Source of the DNA: Desulfotalea psychrophila LSv54
GTDB taxonomy: Bacteria; Desulfobacterota; Desulfobulbia; Desulfobulbales; Desulfocapsaceae
Assembly (NCBI RefSeq): GCF_000025945.1
Contig: NC_006138.1
Span: 2,100,001-2,132,000, forward strand
DNA: 32,000 bases
Direction: 5' to 3'
Of this stretch, positions 19,779 to 28,979 are shown piece after piece. Each line of letters begins with the position of its first letter. Within the stretch, counting starts at the first letter, position 1. Under the pieces are notes generated by a model. That model did not search any database. It was not told the origin of the DNA and worked only from the letters and a program-made list of their open reading frames with translations. Position numbers and translations under genes: made by a program.

Positions 19779-20507
19779 ATGGCAAAACTCCATATTCTTA
19801 TTGTAGAAGACGAGGCGGATATCCAGCAACTTGTGAGCTATAACCTCGTAAGAGCAGGTTTTAATGTGACGTGTGCAGATTCGGGAGAGGAGGCTCTGGG
19901 CTGTCTGGCCCGGGAGGCCTTTGACTGTATACTCCTTGATATCATGCTTCCCGGGATCAGCGGTCTTGAGGTCTGTCAGAGCATACGGCAGAACGAGGGC
20001 AAGTTGGACGCAGGGAGCCCCATCATCATGATGACCGCCAAGGGAGAGGAGGAGGATATTATTGACGGCCTGGAAAAGGGTGCCGATGATTACATCACTA
20101 AGCCATTCAGCCCCAAGGTGCTTGTGGCCCGGGTAAAGGCGGTGGTTAGACGAGGCCAAAAGGCAGAGGCTCACTCGGACAGCGGTCATATTAGCATTGC
20201 CAATCTCGTTATTGATCAGGGACGATATGAGGTTACGGCACAGGGAAAGGCAATCCAGCTCACTCTTACAGAATTTGGTATTCTGGTCCTCCTTGCTGAA
20301 AAGCCTGGTTGGGTCTTTACCAGACAGCAGATCATTGATGCGGTACGGGGATATGATTTTTTGGTTACCCCTAGGGCCATTGATGTACAAATTTTCGGTT
20401 TAAGAAAAAAACTGGGTGCTGCCGGTCAGTCTATCGAAACTGTGCGCGGCATAGGCTATAAGTTTAAAGATCCCCAGGAAGAGGACCTGGAACGGGGGCA
20501 GCGATGA
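19779..20507 (+). CDS. phoB: OmpR/PhoB-family response regulator
   Basis: Receiver domain (VEDEADIQQLVSYNL, LLDIMLPGISG, ITKPFSPK) plus winged-helix output domain; adjacent to pst/phoU and to phoR. Confidence 0.93.
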   Translation: MAKLHILIVEDEADIQQLVSYNLVRAGFNVTCADSGEEALGCLAREAFDCILLDIMLPGISGLEVCQSIRQNEGKLDAGSPIIMMTAKGEEEDIIDGLEKGADDYITKPFSPKVLVARVKAVVRRGQKAEAHSDSGHISIANLVIDQGRYEVTAQGKAIQLTLTEFGILVLLAEKPGWVFTRQQIIDAVRGYDFLVTPRAIDVQIFGLRKKLGAAGQSIETVRGIGYKFKDPQEEDLERGQR

Positions 20508-22312
20508 AAGCTAAGAAAATAATCTGGCAAATTTTCCCGGCAAACCTGCTCATCCTCCTTGTCGCTCTGACAGCAGCAACATGGTATAGCACTGCAAGTA
20601 TTCAAGCATTCTTTCTGGCTGAAACTGAAAACAGCCTTGAGTCAAGGTGTCGTTTGGTGGGTGCCCGGGTAGTTGAACTTGTCGAAGAAGATAATATAGC
20701 TGAACTCAGGGATTTTATCGTTCAGGGTGGAAGGGAATCGGGCGTACGCCTTACTGTTATAGCTGCTTCGGGTAGGGTGCTTGCCGACTCCAACGAAGAT
20801 CCGGATATCATGAACAATCATCGGAATCGCCCCGAAGTTGCTACGGCATTGTCAGGGACAACAGGCAGCTCCCTTCGCTTTAGCACGACCCTGAGTGATG
20901 CCCTTCTCTATGTGGCCATCCCCCTTCGTTTGCAGGCATCTCCCGTCACAACGAATCTGATCCTGCGAGCCTCTCTATCGATTTCTTCTCTTTATCAGAC
21001 AATAGCCAGAATTAAACGACGAGTAGCCCTGGGGGCACTGGCCATTGTTATTTTGGCTATCCTCACCACCCTCTTTATATCGCGAAATATCAGCCGTCCC
21101 CTTGAGGAGCTGAAAATATGGGCGGAACGATTTGCTCATGGTGATTTTTCTAAGAGAAAAGAGCTACTTCAGAGCAGGAATGCATCGAGGGAGGTCGTCG
21201 CCCTGGCAAAAACCATGGAGAGGATGGCTGAAAATCTGCATGAAAAAATAGATATGATCAGCAATCAACGAAATCAGCTTGAAACTCTTTTTTCAAGTAT
21301 GCGGGAGGGGATTATTGCCATCGACTTCGAGGAACGAATTGTCCTGATAAACGATGCCGCTACCAGACTATTTGATCCCGGTGGCTCGCCGTCTGCAGGG
21401 AAGCTGGTGCAGGAATTTACCCGCAGCCTTGACCTCCTTCAGCAGATTCAGTATGTGCGGGAAACGGGTGAATCGCTGAAGGCTGAGCTTACCCTGCATG
21501 GAAGCCAGACAACCTCTTACCTGCAGACAAGTGCTGTTCCTTTCCATATGGCAAACGATGACAGCAGTGGAGTGCTCATTGTCTTAAATGATGTTACCCA
21601 TCTGCGACGACTTGAAAGCGTTAGGCGGGACTTTGTTGCCAATGTCTCCCACGAACTGCGCACCCCCATTACTGCAATACGTGGTTATGTGGAAACCCTC
21701 CTTGACGGAGCCCTGGATCAGAAAGAGGATGCCAGGCGATTTCTCGCCATCGTCCTCCGGCAATCGTCACGGCTCAGTGATATCATCAATGATCTACTTG
21801 CCCTGTCACGGATCGAACTTGATTCCAGTACCGATAATATTGAACTCGAAGAGCAACATATCTGTAGTGTTGTTCGTGCTGCTCTGCAAACCTGTCAGAT
21901 AGATGCCGAGCAAAAGGGGATTATTCTTCAGTTGCACTGTCCGGAGGATATAAGGGTCCCGCTTAATCCTCATCTCATTGAGCAGGCTTTGGTGAATCTT
22001 ATTGTTAATGCTGTGCGCTATAGTCCGGAAAAAAGTGAGATTAGGGTGGAAGTTCTTGCCTGCGAGGAAGGGCAGGAGGTATCTATCAGCGTTGCAGATG
22101 ATGGTTGTGGTATAGGGGCAGAGCATCTACCAAGGGTTTTTGAAAGATTCTATCGTAGTGATAAGGCACGGAGCAGGGAGTTGGGTGGAACGGGACTCGG
22201 ACTTGCCATTGTTAAACATATTGTTCAGGCCCATAATGGTAGGGTCGCAGTTAATAGTGAGGAAGGGGTTGGGACAGAGTTCTCTTTTTTCCTGCCAATA
22301 AAGGGAGAGTAG
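20504..22312 (+). CDS. phoR: Phosphate regulon sensor histidine kinase PhoR (HAMP, PAS, HisKA, HATPase_c)
   Basis: TM segments, HAMP, PAS, H-box FVANVSHELRTPITAIRGYVETL, HATPase LVNAVRYSPEKSEIRV...DDGCGIGAEHLPRVFERFYRSDKARSRELGGTGLGLAIVKHIV; ATGA overlap with phoB. Confidence 0.95.
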   Translation: MKAKKIIWQIFPANLLILLVALTAATWYSTASIQAFFLAETENSLESRCRLVGARVVELVEEDNIAELRDFIVQGGRESGVRLTVIAASGRVLADSNEDPDIMNNHRNRPEVATALSGTTGSSLRFSTTLSDALLYVAIPLRLQASPVTTNLILRASLSISSLYQTIARIKRRVALGALAIVILAILTTLFISRNISRPLEELKIWAERFAHGDFSKRKELLQSRNASREVVALAKTMERMAENLHEKIDMISNQRNQLETLFSSMREGIIAIDFEERIVLINDAATRLFDPGGSPSAGKLVQEFTRSLDLLQQIQYVRETGESLKAELTLHGSQTTSYLQTSAVPFHMANDDSSGVLIVLNDVTHLRRLESVRRDFVANVSHELRTPITAIRGYVETLLDGALDQKEDARRFLAIVLRQSSRLSDIINDLLALSRIELDSSTDNIELEEQHICSVVRAALQTCQIDAEQKGIILQLHCPEDIRVPLNPHLIEQALVNLIVNAVRYSPEKSEIRVEVLACEEGQEVSISVADDGCGIGAEHLPRVFERFYRSDKARSRELGGTGLGLAIVKHIVQAHNGRVAVNSEEGVGTEFSFFLPIKGE

Positions 22313-22333
22313 GGGAGCTGTTTTTGCGTAACG

Positions 22334-22369
22334 AGTTATAACAGCCTGCTTATGTAGGCTGTTATAACT
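22334..22369. terminator. Perfect inverted repeat between convergent phoR and phnA-like genes; possible terminator-type hairpin without a clear T tract
   Basis: AGTTATAACAGCCT (22334-22347) / AGGCTGTTATAACT (22356-22369), 14-bp perfect stem, 8-nt loop. Confidence 0.55.
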
Positions 22370-22385
22370 GTTGTGCGGGGAAAAC

Positions 22386-22961
22386 TTAAGCTGCTTTTTT
22401 TACAAACTGAGTAAGGAGAACAAGACGCTGTCCTTCTACCCGGCCTTCAATGTGTGCGGCATTGTCGGCAACCAGGCTGATATTGCGGACAGTGGTTCCG
22501 CGTTTTGCCGTGAATCCACCACCCTTAACATTGAGATCTTTGATAAGAGTTACAGAATCGCCATCGGCAAGTGGGGTTCCATTGCTATCAACGTGGACTA
22601 CGGAACTCTCCTCGGCCTCTTCTTCTTGTCCTAATTGGGCCCAGGCCAGGGTTTCTTCTTCAAGATAGAGCATATCAAGAAGATCCTGCGGCCAACCTTC
22701 GGCCTTTATTTTATTCAAGATACGCCAAACCATCACCTGAACTGCTGGTATCTGGCTCCACATGGTATCATTGAGACAACGCCAATGGTGTACATCGTCT
22801 AATTTTTCGATTTGTTCTGCACAATGGGAGCAGATTAAAACAGATTTGTCTGCATTTGCTGCAGATTCTGGTGGAACAGCAAAAACCACAAGATTTTCAA
22901 TTGCATTACATAACTCACATTTACTCTCACTACGTGCATACAACTCTTCCTGAACACTCAT
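22386..22961 (-). CDS. PhnA-like zinc-ribbon protein (YjdM/PhnA family)
   Basis: N-terminal CELCNAIENLVVF...ICSHCAEQI zinc ribbon, then DSNGTPLADGDSVTLIKDLNVKGGGFTAKRGTTVRNISLVADNAAHIEGRVEGQRLVLLTQFVKK; start MSVQEEL at 22961, track start 23054. Confidence 0.9.
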   Translation of the reverse strand: MSVQEELYARSESKCELCNAIENLVVFAVPPESAANADKSVLICSHCAEQIEKLDDVHHWRCLNDTMWSQIPAVQVMVWRILNKIKAEGWPQDLLDMLYLEEETLAWAQLGQEEEAEESSVVHVDSNGTPLADGDSVTLIKDLNVKGGGFTAKRGTTVRNISLVADNAAHIEGRVEGQRLVLLTQFVKKAA

Positions 22962-23066
22962 TGACAAAAATTCTCCATTTTTTTTAATAAAAACAACCTG
23001 CGATAATGGGGCGCATGATAACATAAGTGCCAACAGAAAGATATTTTTGCTCAAGAGAGAAGCTTA

Positions 23067-23474
23067 CTATTTCTTTGTCGGGGACGAAAGAAAGCAACTC
23101 TTTAGCCAAGAAGAGAATCGTTGCCACCAGTTACCTCTGAGCTCCAGGATGATATCCTCTCGACGGCGGGTGGCTATTTGCAGTTCCTCTTCGCTGAAAT
23201 TTTCTCGGCCAAGATTTTCGGCCAGTTCAATATCCAGAAGTAGATGTTTATTGTCTGCACAGTTTATAACAGCTACCTCAATCTCTTCAAGCTTTAACTC
23301 CTGACAGGCTGTATAACGCCTGAAACCTGAGATAAGACGGTGGTTTTCATCAACAACAATGGGGTGGAGAAGACCTACCTTGGCAATAGAATTTTTCAGC
23401 GGAGCCAGATCGCCGGTACCTTGCCTGATTCTTGCTGCAGGATCCACAATTATCTCTTCAATTTTTAGCTTCAT
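23067..23474 (-). CDS. Stand-alone ParB N-terminal (ParB/Srx) domain protein
   Basis: MKLKIEEIIVDPAARIRQGTGDLAPLKNSIAKVGLLHPIVVDENHRLISGFRRYTACQELKLEEIEVAVI, the ParB-N core with GxRRxxA; 135 aa with no DNA-binding HTH half. Confidence 0.85.
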   Translation of the reverse strand: MKLKIEEIIVDPAARIRQGTGDLAPLKNSIAKVGLLHPIVVDENHRLISGFRRYTACQELKLEEIEVAVINCADNKHLLLDIELAENLGRENFSEEELQIATRRREDIILELRGNWWQRFSSWLKSCFLSSPTKK

Positions 23475-23727
23475 CTTTCCTCCTTAAAAGAAATATTCTC
23501 TATTAAAAAACCTATATTAATCTCAAGTATACACACTAAGTTCTTTGTAGACCCCATACCTTTTTCAAAAATAGTTCCTTTCGCCAGTTAACTAAGCACA
23601 GAGGGATAGGGCGGTTGGATAAAATATTTCTTGAACTGTTTTGCCTGTCGCTCAGTTTTTCTTTGCCAGTTGTCTGTAGAGTAATATAGAATTATCGTAT
23701 ATCTTTATAGCAATAATAAAATACAAA

Positions 23728-25542
23728 ATGATGCTTCAAGGCTTTTTCTCAACTATGCTAAAAAAAATCAAACCGACGAGTCTTGGACAACGTACAGTCC
23801 TCTATGTGCTTGCGCCCACCCTTGTCATTCTTCTTTTTTCCGGTTTTCTTACATTTCAAACAGCCCGAGATATCCTCCTGCAGGAATGGATAGAGCAGGC
23901 CAATACAAGCCTAAAAAATGGGGCAAATATAATAGATGGCCGTCTCGAAGATCCCAAAAGACTCCTGCAACTTATTCAAAAGGCTCCGGTGGGTCCTGCT
24001 GGTTATGCAACGCATGAATATCTTATCGATCGTCTGAAGGGGATAAAAGGTGTGCTGGCAGCGGAAGTGGATTGGCCGAAATTTTCAGATGGCCCTCTTC
24101 CGCTACCTCTTACCGGTGCTGCTGTCATCACCACTATGCACAGTGGGGCGGCCACAGGTGTGCACACAACAAGGCCTAGTTATACCGAGACTTTTGCTCA
24201 AAAAAAGATCTCTCTTGTTTCAGAGTATAGGGATCAGAACAATGAATCTATTGGGAAAATTCAGGTATTTATATCTCTTGCAGATCTACTGAGTGATGTA
24301 ACAAATTCTCTTTGGTGGCGGGAGCAGTCGTCTTTTATTATTGATAAAGAGGGACATACCCTTGCTCACCTTTCTCAGAGCGAATTAAATAGAGCAAAAA
24401 AGATATTTGAGAAAAAAAAATGGAATAGGATAAATAAAGAGAAGTTTGGGACAATCTTTAGTGAGGGAAAACCCCCTAAGGAAGTCTGTGTCTTTTATCA
24501 TCTGGAGCAGGCCCCCTGGACTTTGGTTGTTATTGTCTCTGGCGAGAAGGTACTCAAGCCGCTACTGAATTTTCGTAATGCATATTTTTTTATCACCATC
24601 ATCACTGGACTTACCATCCTTCTCACTATCCATCTGGTAACCTCGAAGGTTAACCGTAAAATTAATCAGGTTTCAGCAGCGGCCAGTCGACTTGCTGCTG
24701 GTTATTTTAGTGAACCTCTCTCCATAGAAACCGATGATGAAATAGGTGCCCTCTGTCAGAACTTTAATGAGATGACCAGCCAACTTAAGAATGGGTTAGA
24801 TCTGCAGAAATCCATAGAGCTTGCTCGGGAGGTACAGCAGAATTTACTGCCTGGCAAGGATTTAAAAACAGCAGAGGTAGAAATTTCCGGCACCTGTATA
24901 TACTGTGATGCCACGGGTGGTGATTATTTTGATATTATCCCCTGTCCCCTATCAGATAGTATTGGTGTTGCTGTCGGTGATGTCGTGGGCCATGGCATTA
25001 GTGCCGCCCTGCTTATGACTACCACCCGGGCTTTAGTTCGCTGTAGACTTAACAGTTCGGGCACTCTGGCCGATGTTGCCACCGAGGTGAATGCTCTTCT
25101 TTATAAGGACACGGCCCAGGCTAGTAATTTTGTGACCCTTTTTCTGATGAAACTTAGCCCGGAACAACGAAAAATTTCCTGGGTGCGGGCAGGACATGAA
25201 CCTGCCATAGCCTATAATGCACGAACGCGGGTCTTTACCAACATACAGGGTAATGGTGTCGCTTTGGGGGTTAATCAGGCGTATCGCTACCAGGATCAGG
25301 AAATCACTCTGAGTAAGGATGTTCAGATACTGCTCATTGGTACAGACGGTATTTGGGACGCAGAAAATCCAGAAGGGGAACAATTTGGCAAAGAACGGGT
25401 GCAGAGCCTGCTGGCTGCAAATGCTCATCTTCAACCAAGAGAAATAATTTGCAATATATCAGAATCAATAAAAGTTTTTCAGAAAGATGCACCTCAATCA
25501 GACGATATTACCTTCGTCATTATAAAATTCCCTGCCATATAA
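23728..25542 (+). CDS. SpoIIE/RsbU-type PP2C serine phosphatase with N-terminal sensor, TM and HAMP regions
   Basis: HAMP-like segment (HLVTSKVNRKINQVSAAASRLAAGYFSEPLSIETDDEIGAL), then AREVQQNLLPGKDLKTAEVEISGTCIYCDATGGDYFDIIPC...VAVGDVVGHGISAALLMTTTRALVR...GTDGIWDAEN...DDITFVII. Confidence 0.92.
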   Translation: MMLQGFFSTMLKKIKPTSLGQRTVLYVLAPTLVILLFSGFLTFQTARDILLQEWIEQANTSLKNGANIIDGRLEDPKRLLQLIQKAPVGPAGYATHEYLIDRLKGIKGVLAAEVDWPKFSDGPLPLPLTGAAVITTMHSGAATGVHTTRPSYTETFAQKKISLVSEYRDQNNESIGKIQVFISLADLLSDVTNSLWWREQSSFIIDKEGHTLAHLSQSELNRAKKIFEKKKWNRINKEKFGTIFSEGKPPKEVCVFYHLEQAPWTLVVIVSGEKVLKPLLNFRNAYFFITIITGLTILLTIHLVTSKVNRKINQVSAAASRLAAGYFSEPLSIETDDEIGALCQNFNEMTSQLKNGLDLQKSIELAREVQQNLLPGKDLKTAEVEISGTCIYCDATGGDYFDIIPCPLSDSIGVAVGDVVGHGISAALLMTTTRALVRCRLNSSGTLADVATEVNALLYKDTAQASNFVTLFLMKLSPEQRKISWVRAGHEPAIAYNARTRVFTNIQGNGVALGVNQAYRYQDQEITLSKDVQILLIGTDGIWDAENPEGEQFGKERVQSLLAANAHLQPREIICNISESIKVFQKDAPQSDDITFVIIKFPAI

Positions 25543-25543
25543 T

Positions 25544-28045
25544 ATGAAGAAAACATCTCAAAAACCAGTTTGTAAAACGTCTCTGTTCTTTTGGGCCTTC
25601 CATGGCAATCTTAAACTGCAGATATGCTTGTTTTTTATAGTTGTTTTGATTGTCGGGGCTCGGGTCCTGCCCCTAGAGATGCAAAAAAGGGTAATTAATG
25701 ACGCTATTGCCCTGCAAAATGTCGAAAAATTATTTCTTTACTGTGGGATATACCTGCTTTCGATTACCCTGGCAGGAGCATTGAAAATAGCAATTAATTA
25801 TATCCAGTCGATTATCGGCGAGCGGGTAATGTTTGCTATGCGCCAACAACTTTATGAGCATATTCTCACCCTGCCACTGAGCTTTTTTCGCAAAACCCAA
25901 CCGGGAATGGTTGTTTCTGCCCTGATGTCTGAACTCAGTGCTGCAGGCACCTTTGCCGGCATGGCCTTTGCCTCTCCCCTGACTAATATATTGTCACTTC
26001 TCGCCTTTGCCATTTATCTGATGTGGCTCCATACCTCCCTTGCCCTCCTTACCCTTGTTATTTATCCTGCAGTGTCTTTTATTCTTCCCTTTCTTCAGAG
26101 AAAGGCTAATAGGGCGAATAAGTCTCGGGTTGATATTACTCGAAGCGCATCAAACCAAATAGCAGAATCAGTTTCAGGAATTGCAGAAATACAGGTCCAT
26201 GCTGCCTATCAGCAAGAGGATAAGAAATTTCGTTACTATAATGAAAAGCTGAAAAAAGTCCGAATTCGTTGGTCATTGTTAAAGTTTGGCATCAAGACAA
26301 CCAATAACTATTTTGTTAGTCTTGGCCCATTTTTAGTCCTTCTTTACGGTGGTTATCTTATTATGCATGGCCAGTTAGGACTTGGTGCCATGGTAGCCTT
26401 TCTCTCAGCTCAGGAAAAGCTCTATGATCCCTGGAAGGAGCTTATTGATTTTTATCAGGTCTATCAGGATGCCTCGATACGCTACAAACGTACCATGGAG
26501 TATTTTGATCATCAGCCCGAGTTTCTTCTTGAGGCCCCACCCGTAGAATCGATTGACGACAGGGCCTCTGTTGAGGTTACAGGCCTCTCCTTTCAAACCG
26601 AAGAGGGGAAATATCTTCTAAGAGATGTATCTTTTAGGTTAAAGCCGGGTGAGCATATGGCCTTGGTCGGTTTTTCTGGTAGTGGGAAGAGTACATTAAT
26701 TCAGTGTATTGCCAAAATGTATCAGTACAGTAAGGGCACCATAATGCTTGGTGGCAAAAATCTTGCCGATATTTCCAAGAATAGCCTGGTGGAGAAGATG
26801 GGCTATATTTCCCAGCGTCCTTTTATCTTTACCGGTTCTGTTAAAGATAATCTCCTCTATGCTGATCTTGCGGTGAGAGAAGTTGCCGGTGATGAGCAAT
26901 TGGCTGAGCCTGAGCTTGACCGGATGATTCTTGCCCTTCAGCAAGCAGGCCTCTATGCCGATGTTATGCGTTTTGGCCTTGATACCATCGTTGGCTCTGA
27001 TCAGATTGATATTATCAATGCAGTTATTAATATTCGGCCAAATTTTCGTAAAACATTTGCCGTTCAATTGGAACCTTATGTCGAATTTTATAAGAGCACA
27101 GATTATCTCTATCACTCCTCCCTTATTGGAAACATTATTTTTGGGGTGGCAGTGCCTAATGGTCTGGGAGTTGAACAGCTAAGTAAGCATAAGGACTTTA
27201 CCACCTTTCTTAAACAGACAGGTCTTCTTGAGCCACTTGAATCTCTTGGTGAAAGAATAATTAGTGAAACCCTTGCCCTTATTGGAGATCTGGAGGATCC
27301 CGATCTTCTTGCTGAAAAAAGCCCTATTCCCACAGAGTCTCTTGAGCGGACAAGAAAAATTCTTGCCCGTAGTAAGGACAAGAAAATTACTGAAACGGAT
27401 AAAAACTTTTTGTTAACAATCGCTCTGGAGTTTACCCCTGCTATTCATACCATGGTAGGTCTGCCTATGGCGCTCCGGGAGAGTATTCTGGAGGGGCGGA
27501 AAAAATTCCCTGCCTGGGCGGAGGAATTTTTCCCGGGAGAATTTAAATTTTATAATAAGGATAGTTATATTCATAACCAGTCCTTACTTAATAATATTTT
27601 TATGGGCAAGGCTAAGCAGGGTATGCCCCATGCTCAGGAGAAGATAAATAAGGCGATTATTCAACTCCTTATTGAAGAGGATGTCCTGGAATATGTGGTA
27701 TACTTGGGGATGCAATTCCAGGTAGGTAGCGTCGGAGACAGACTTTCTGGAGGACAAAAACAAAAACTGGCCATAGCCCGGGTACTTCTGAAGAACTCAT
27801 CTCTTGTTATTATGGATGAGGCTACATCGGCGCTGGATAATGCTTCACAGGCGCGCATTCAACGTCTTATCGATACTAGGTGGCGTGATAAACGAACCGT
27901 TATTGCAGTTATGCATCGTCTGGATGGTATTGATTCATTTGATAAAATTGGGGTAATGAAGGCTGGACGGTTATTAGAAGTGGGAAGTTACCAAGAACTT
28001 ATTGATAAAAAAGGTGTATTTCATGAACTCTTATTCGGAAGATAA
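25544..28045 (+). CDS. Exporter-like ABC transporter (fused TM domain and NBD) with a large insertion in the nucleotide-binding domain
   Basis: TM domain aa ~25-320; Walker A GFSGSGKST (aa 376-384); Q-loop YISQRPFIFTGSVKDNLLY (aa 421-439); signature LSGGQ (aa 734-738); Walker B SLVIMDEATSALD; H-loop VMHRLDGID. Q-loop to signature distance is ~310 aa. Confidence 0.93.
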   Translation: MKKTSQKPVCKTSLFFWAFHGNLKLQICLFFIVVLIVGARVLPLEMQKRVINDAIALQNVEKLFLYCGIYLLSITLAGALKIAINYIQSIIGERVMFAMRQQLYEHILTLPLSFFRKTQPGMVVSALMSELSAAGTFAGMAFASPLTNILSLLAFAIYLMWLHTSLALLTLVIYPAVSFILPFLQRKANRANKSRVDITRSASNQIAESVSGIAEIQVHAAYQQEDKKFRYYNEKLKKVRIRWSLLKFGIKTTNNYFVSLGPFLVLLYGGYLIMHGQLGLGAMVAFLSAQEKLYDPWKELIDFYQVYQDASIRYKRTMEYFDHQPEFLLEAPPVESIDDRASVEVTGLSFQTEEGKYLLRDVSFRLKPGEHMALVGFSGSGKSTLIQCIAKMYQYSKGTIMLGGKNLADISKNSLVEKMGYISQRPFIFTGSVKDNLLYADLAVREVAGDEQLAEPELDRMILALQQAGLYADVMRFGLDTIVGSDQIDIINAVINIRPNFRKTFAVQLEPYVEFYKSTDYLYHSSLIGNIIFGVAVPNGLGVEQLSKHKDFTTFLKQTGLLEPLESLGERIISETLALIGDLEDPDLLAEKSPIPTESLERTRKILARSKDKKITETDKNFLLTIALEFTPAIHTMVGLPMALRESILEGRKKFPAWAEEFFPGEFKFYNKDSYIHNQSLLNNIFMGKAKQGMPHAQEKINKAIIQLLIEEDVLEYVVYLGMQFQVGSVGDRLSGGQKQKLAIARVLLKNSSLVIMDEATSALDNASQARIQRLIDTRWRDKRTVIAVMHRLDGIDSFDKIGVMKAGRLLEVGSYQELIDKKGVFHELLFGR

Positions 28046-28532
28046 TTATCAATCTTGCCAGATGAAGAAAAATTTGGCTGTTTTGCAAGAGGTTGATTTT
28101 TTTTCGCAGGTGCCCCCGCAGGCCCTGAAAATTATCGCCTTTCTTTGCAGGAGAATGTTTCTTGACGTAGGAGAGATTGTCTTTGCCAAGGGGGATGATC
28201 CGGCCAGGTGCTTCTACATTGTTTCTGGAGAGTTCGAGCTTATCTGTACAGCTGACTCAGGAGGAGAATCACATATTGCCAAGCAGGGAGATCTGGTGGG
28301 TTCTCTTTCACTTCTTGCCCGGCATTCATCTCCTTTTACTATGACTGCCAGCAAGGAGAGTGATGTCTTGGTAATAGACAGAGCTACCTTTGAGAAGGTG
28401 GTGGTGCAATTCCCTGAACTATATAAAATAACGGCAGAAAATATTGCAAAACGGATTTATCGTTGGGATGCCCTACAGTGTGAAAAAAGATGTTCTGACA
28501 AATCTCCTCGGGGCGGGGTGAGTTTCCTCTAA
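28023..28532 (+). CDS. Cyclic nucleotide-binding (CRP-like cNMP) domain protein without obvious HTH
   Basis: FFSQVPPQALKIIAFLCRRMFLDVGEIVFAKGDDPARCFYIVSGEFELICTADSGGESHIAKQGDLVGSLSLLARHSSPFTMTASKESDVLVIDRATFEKVV; ATG at 28023 overlaps the ABC gene end; other starts possible. Confidence 0.85.
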   Translation: MNSYSEDNYQSCQMKKNLAVLQEVDFFSQVPPQALKIIAFLCRRMFLDVGEIVFAKGDDPARCFYIVSGEFELICTADSGGESHIAKQGDLVGSLSLLARHSSPFTMTASKESDVLVIDRATFEKVVVQFPELYKITAENIAKRIYRWDALQCEKRCSDKSPRGGVSFL

Positions 28533-28544
28533 GAGGCTATAGCA

Positions 28545-28949
28545 ATGGAATTTATTTGGGCACGTCAAAATACGCAGGAAAATTTACAGGATCTGCGCGA
28601 AGATATTGAGAGTCTGGGCAAGAGGTGGCAGTTAGATAAAAAAACCATGTTTAATCTGCAACTTATAGTGGATGAATTTGTCACTAATCTTGTCAGCCAT
28701 TGCAACTGTGGTATTGGTATTCATCTCACTATAACCAAGGAGGAAGAGAATCTCCTCATCACCATAAAAGATAACTGTAGTCCTTTTAACCCTCTTGCTG
28801 TTGCTCTGCCTAATCTATGTGCGCCTCTCTGTGATAGAGAAGCAGGGGGGCTAGGTATTTTCCTAATTCGTAAAAAGAGTAGATACATTAATTATAGAAG
28901 AACAGATTCAGAAAATATTACTACGATAACCTTGGCGATAGAGAAATAG
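28545..28949 (+). CDS. ATP-binding anti-sigma-factor-type kinase (RsbW/SpoIIAB-like, HATPase_c)
   Basis: FNLQLIVDEFVTNLVSHCNCGIGIHLTITKEEENLLITIKDNCSPFNPL...GGLGIFLIRK. Confidence 0.87.
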   Translation: MEFIWARQNTQENLQDLREDIESLGKRWQLDKKTMFNLQLIVDEFVTNLVSHCNCGIGIHLTITKEEENLLITIKDNCSPFNPLAVALPNLCAPLCDREAGGLGIFLIRKKSRYINYRRTDSENITTITLAIEK

Positions 28950-28979
28950 TAGTTTAGCAAAAAAACAAATGGGTTCTGT

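Noticed and set aside
19743-20390. Minus-strand 215-aa ORF opposite phoB
   Set aside because: It shadows the phoB coding sequence; phoB is unambiguous.
25544-28045. Possibility that the large ABC NBD insertion is a frameshift, intein or inserted gene
   Set aside because: One continuous frame with intact downstream motifs. The insert lacks intein splice residues (no Cys/Ser start with His-Asn end) and looks like the adjacent ABC segments, so duplication is the better explanation.
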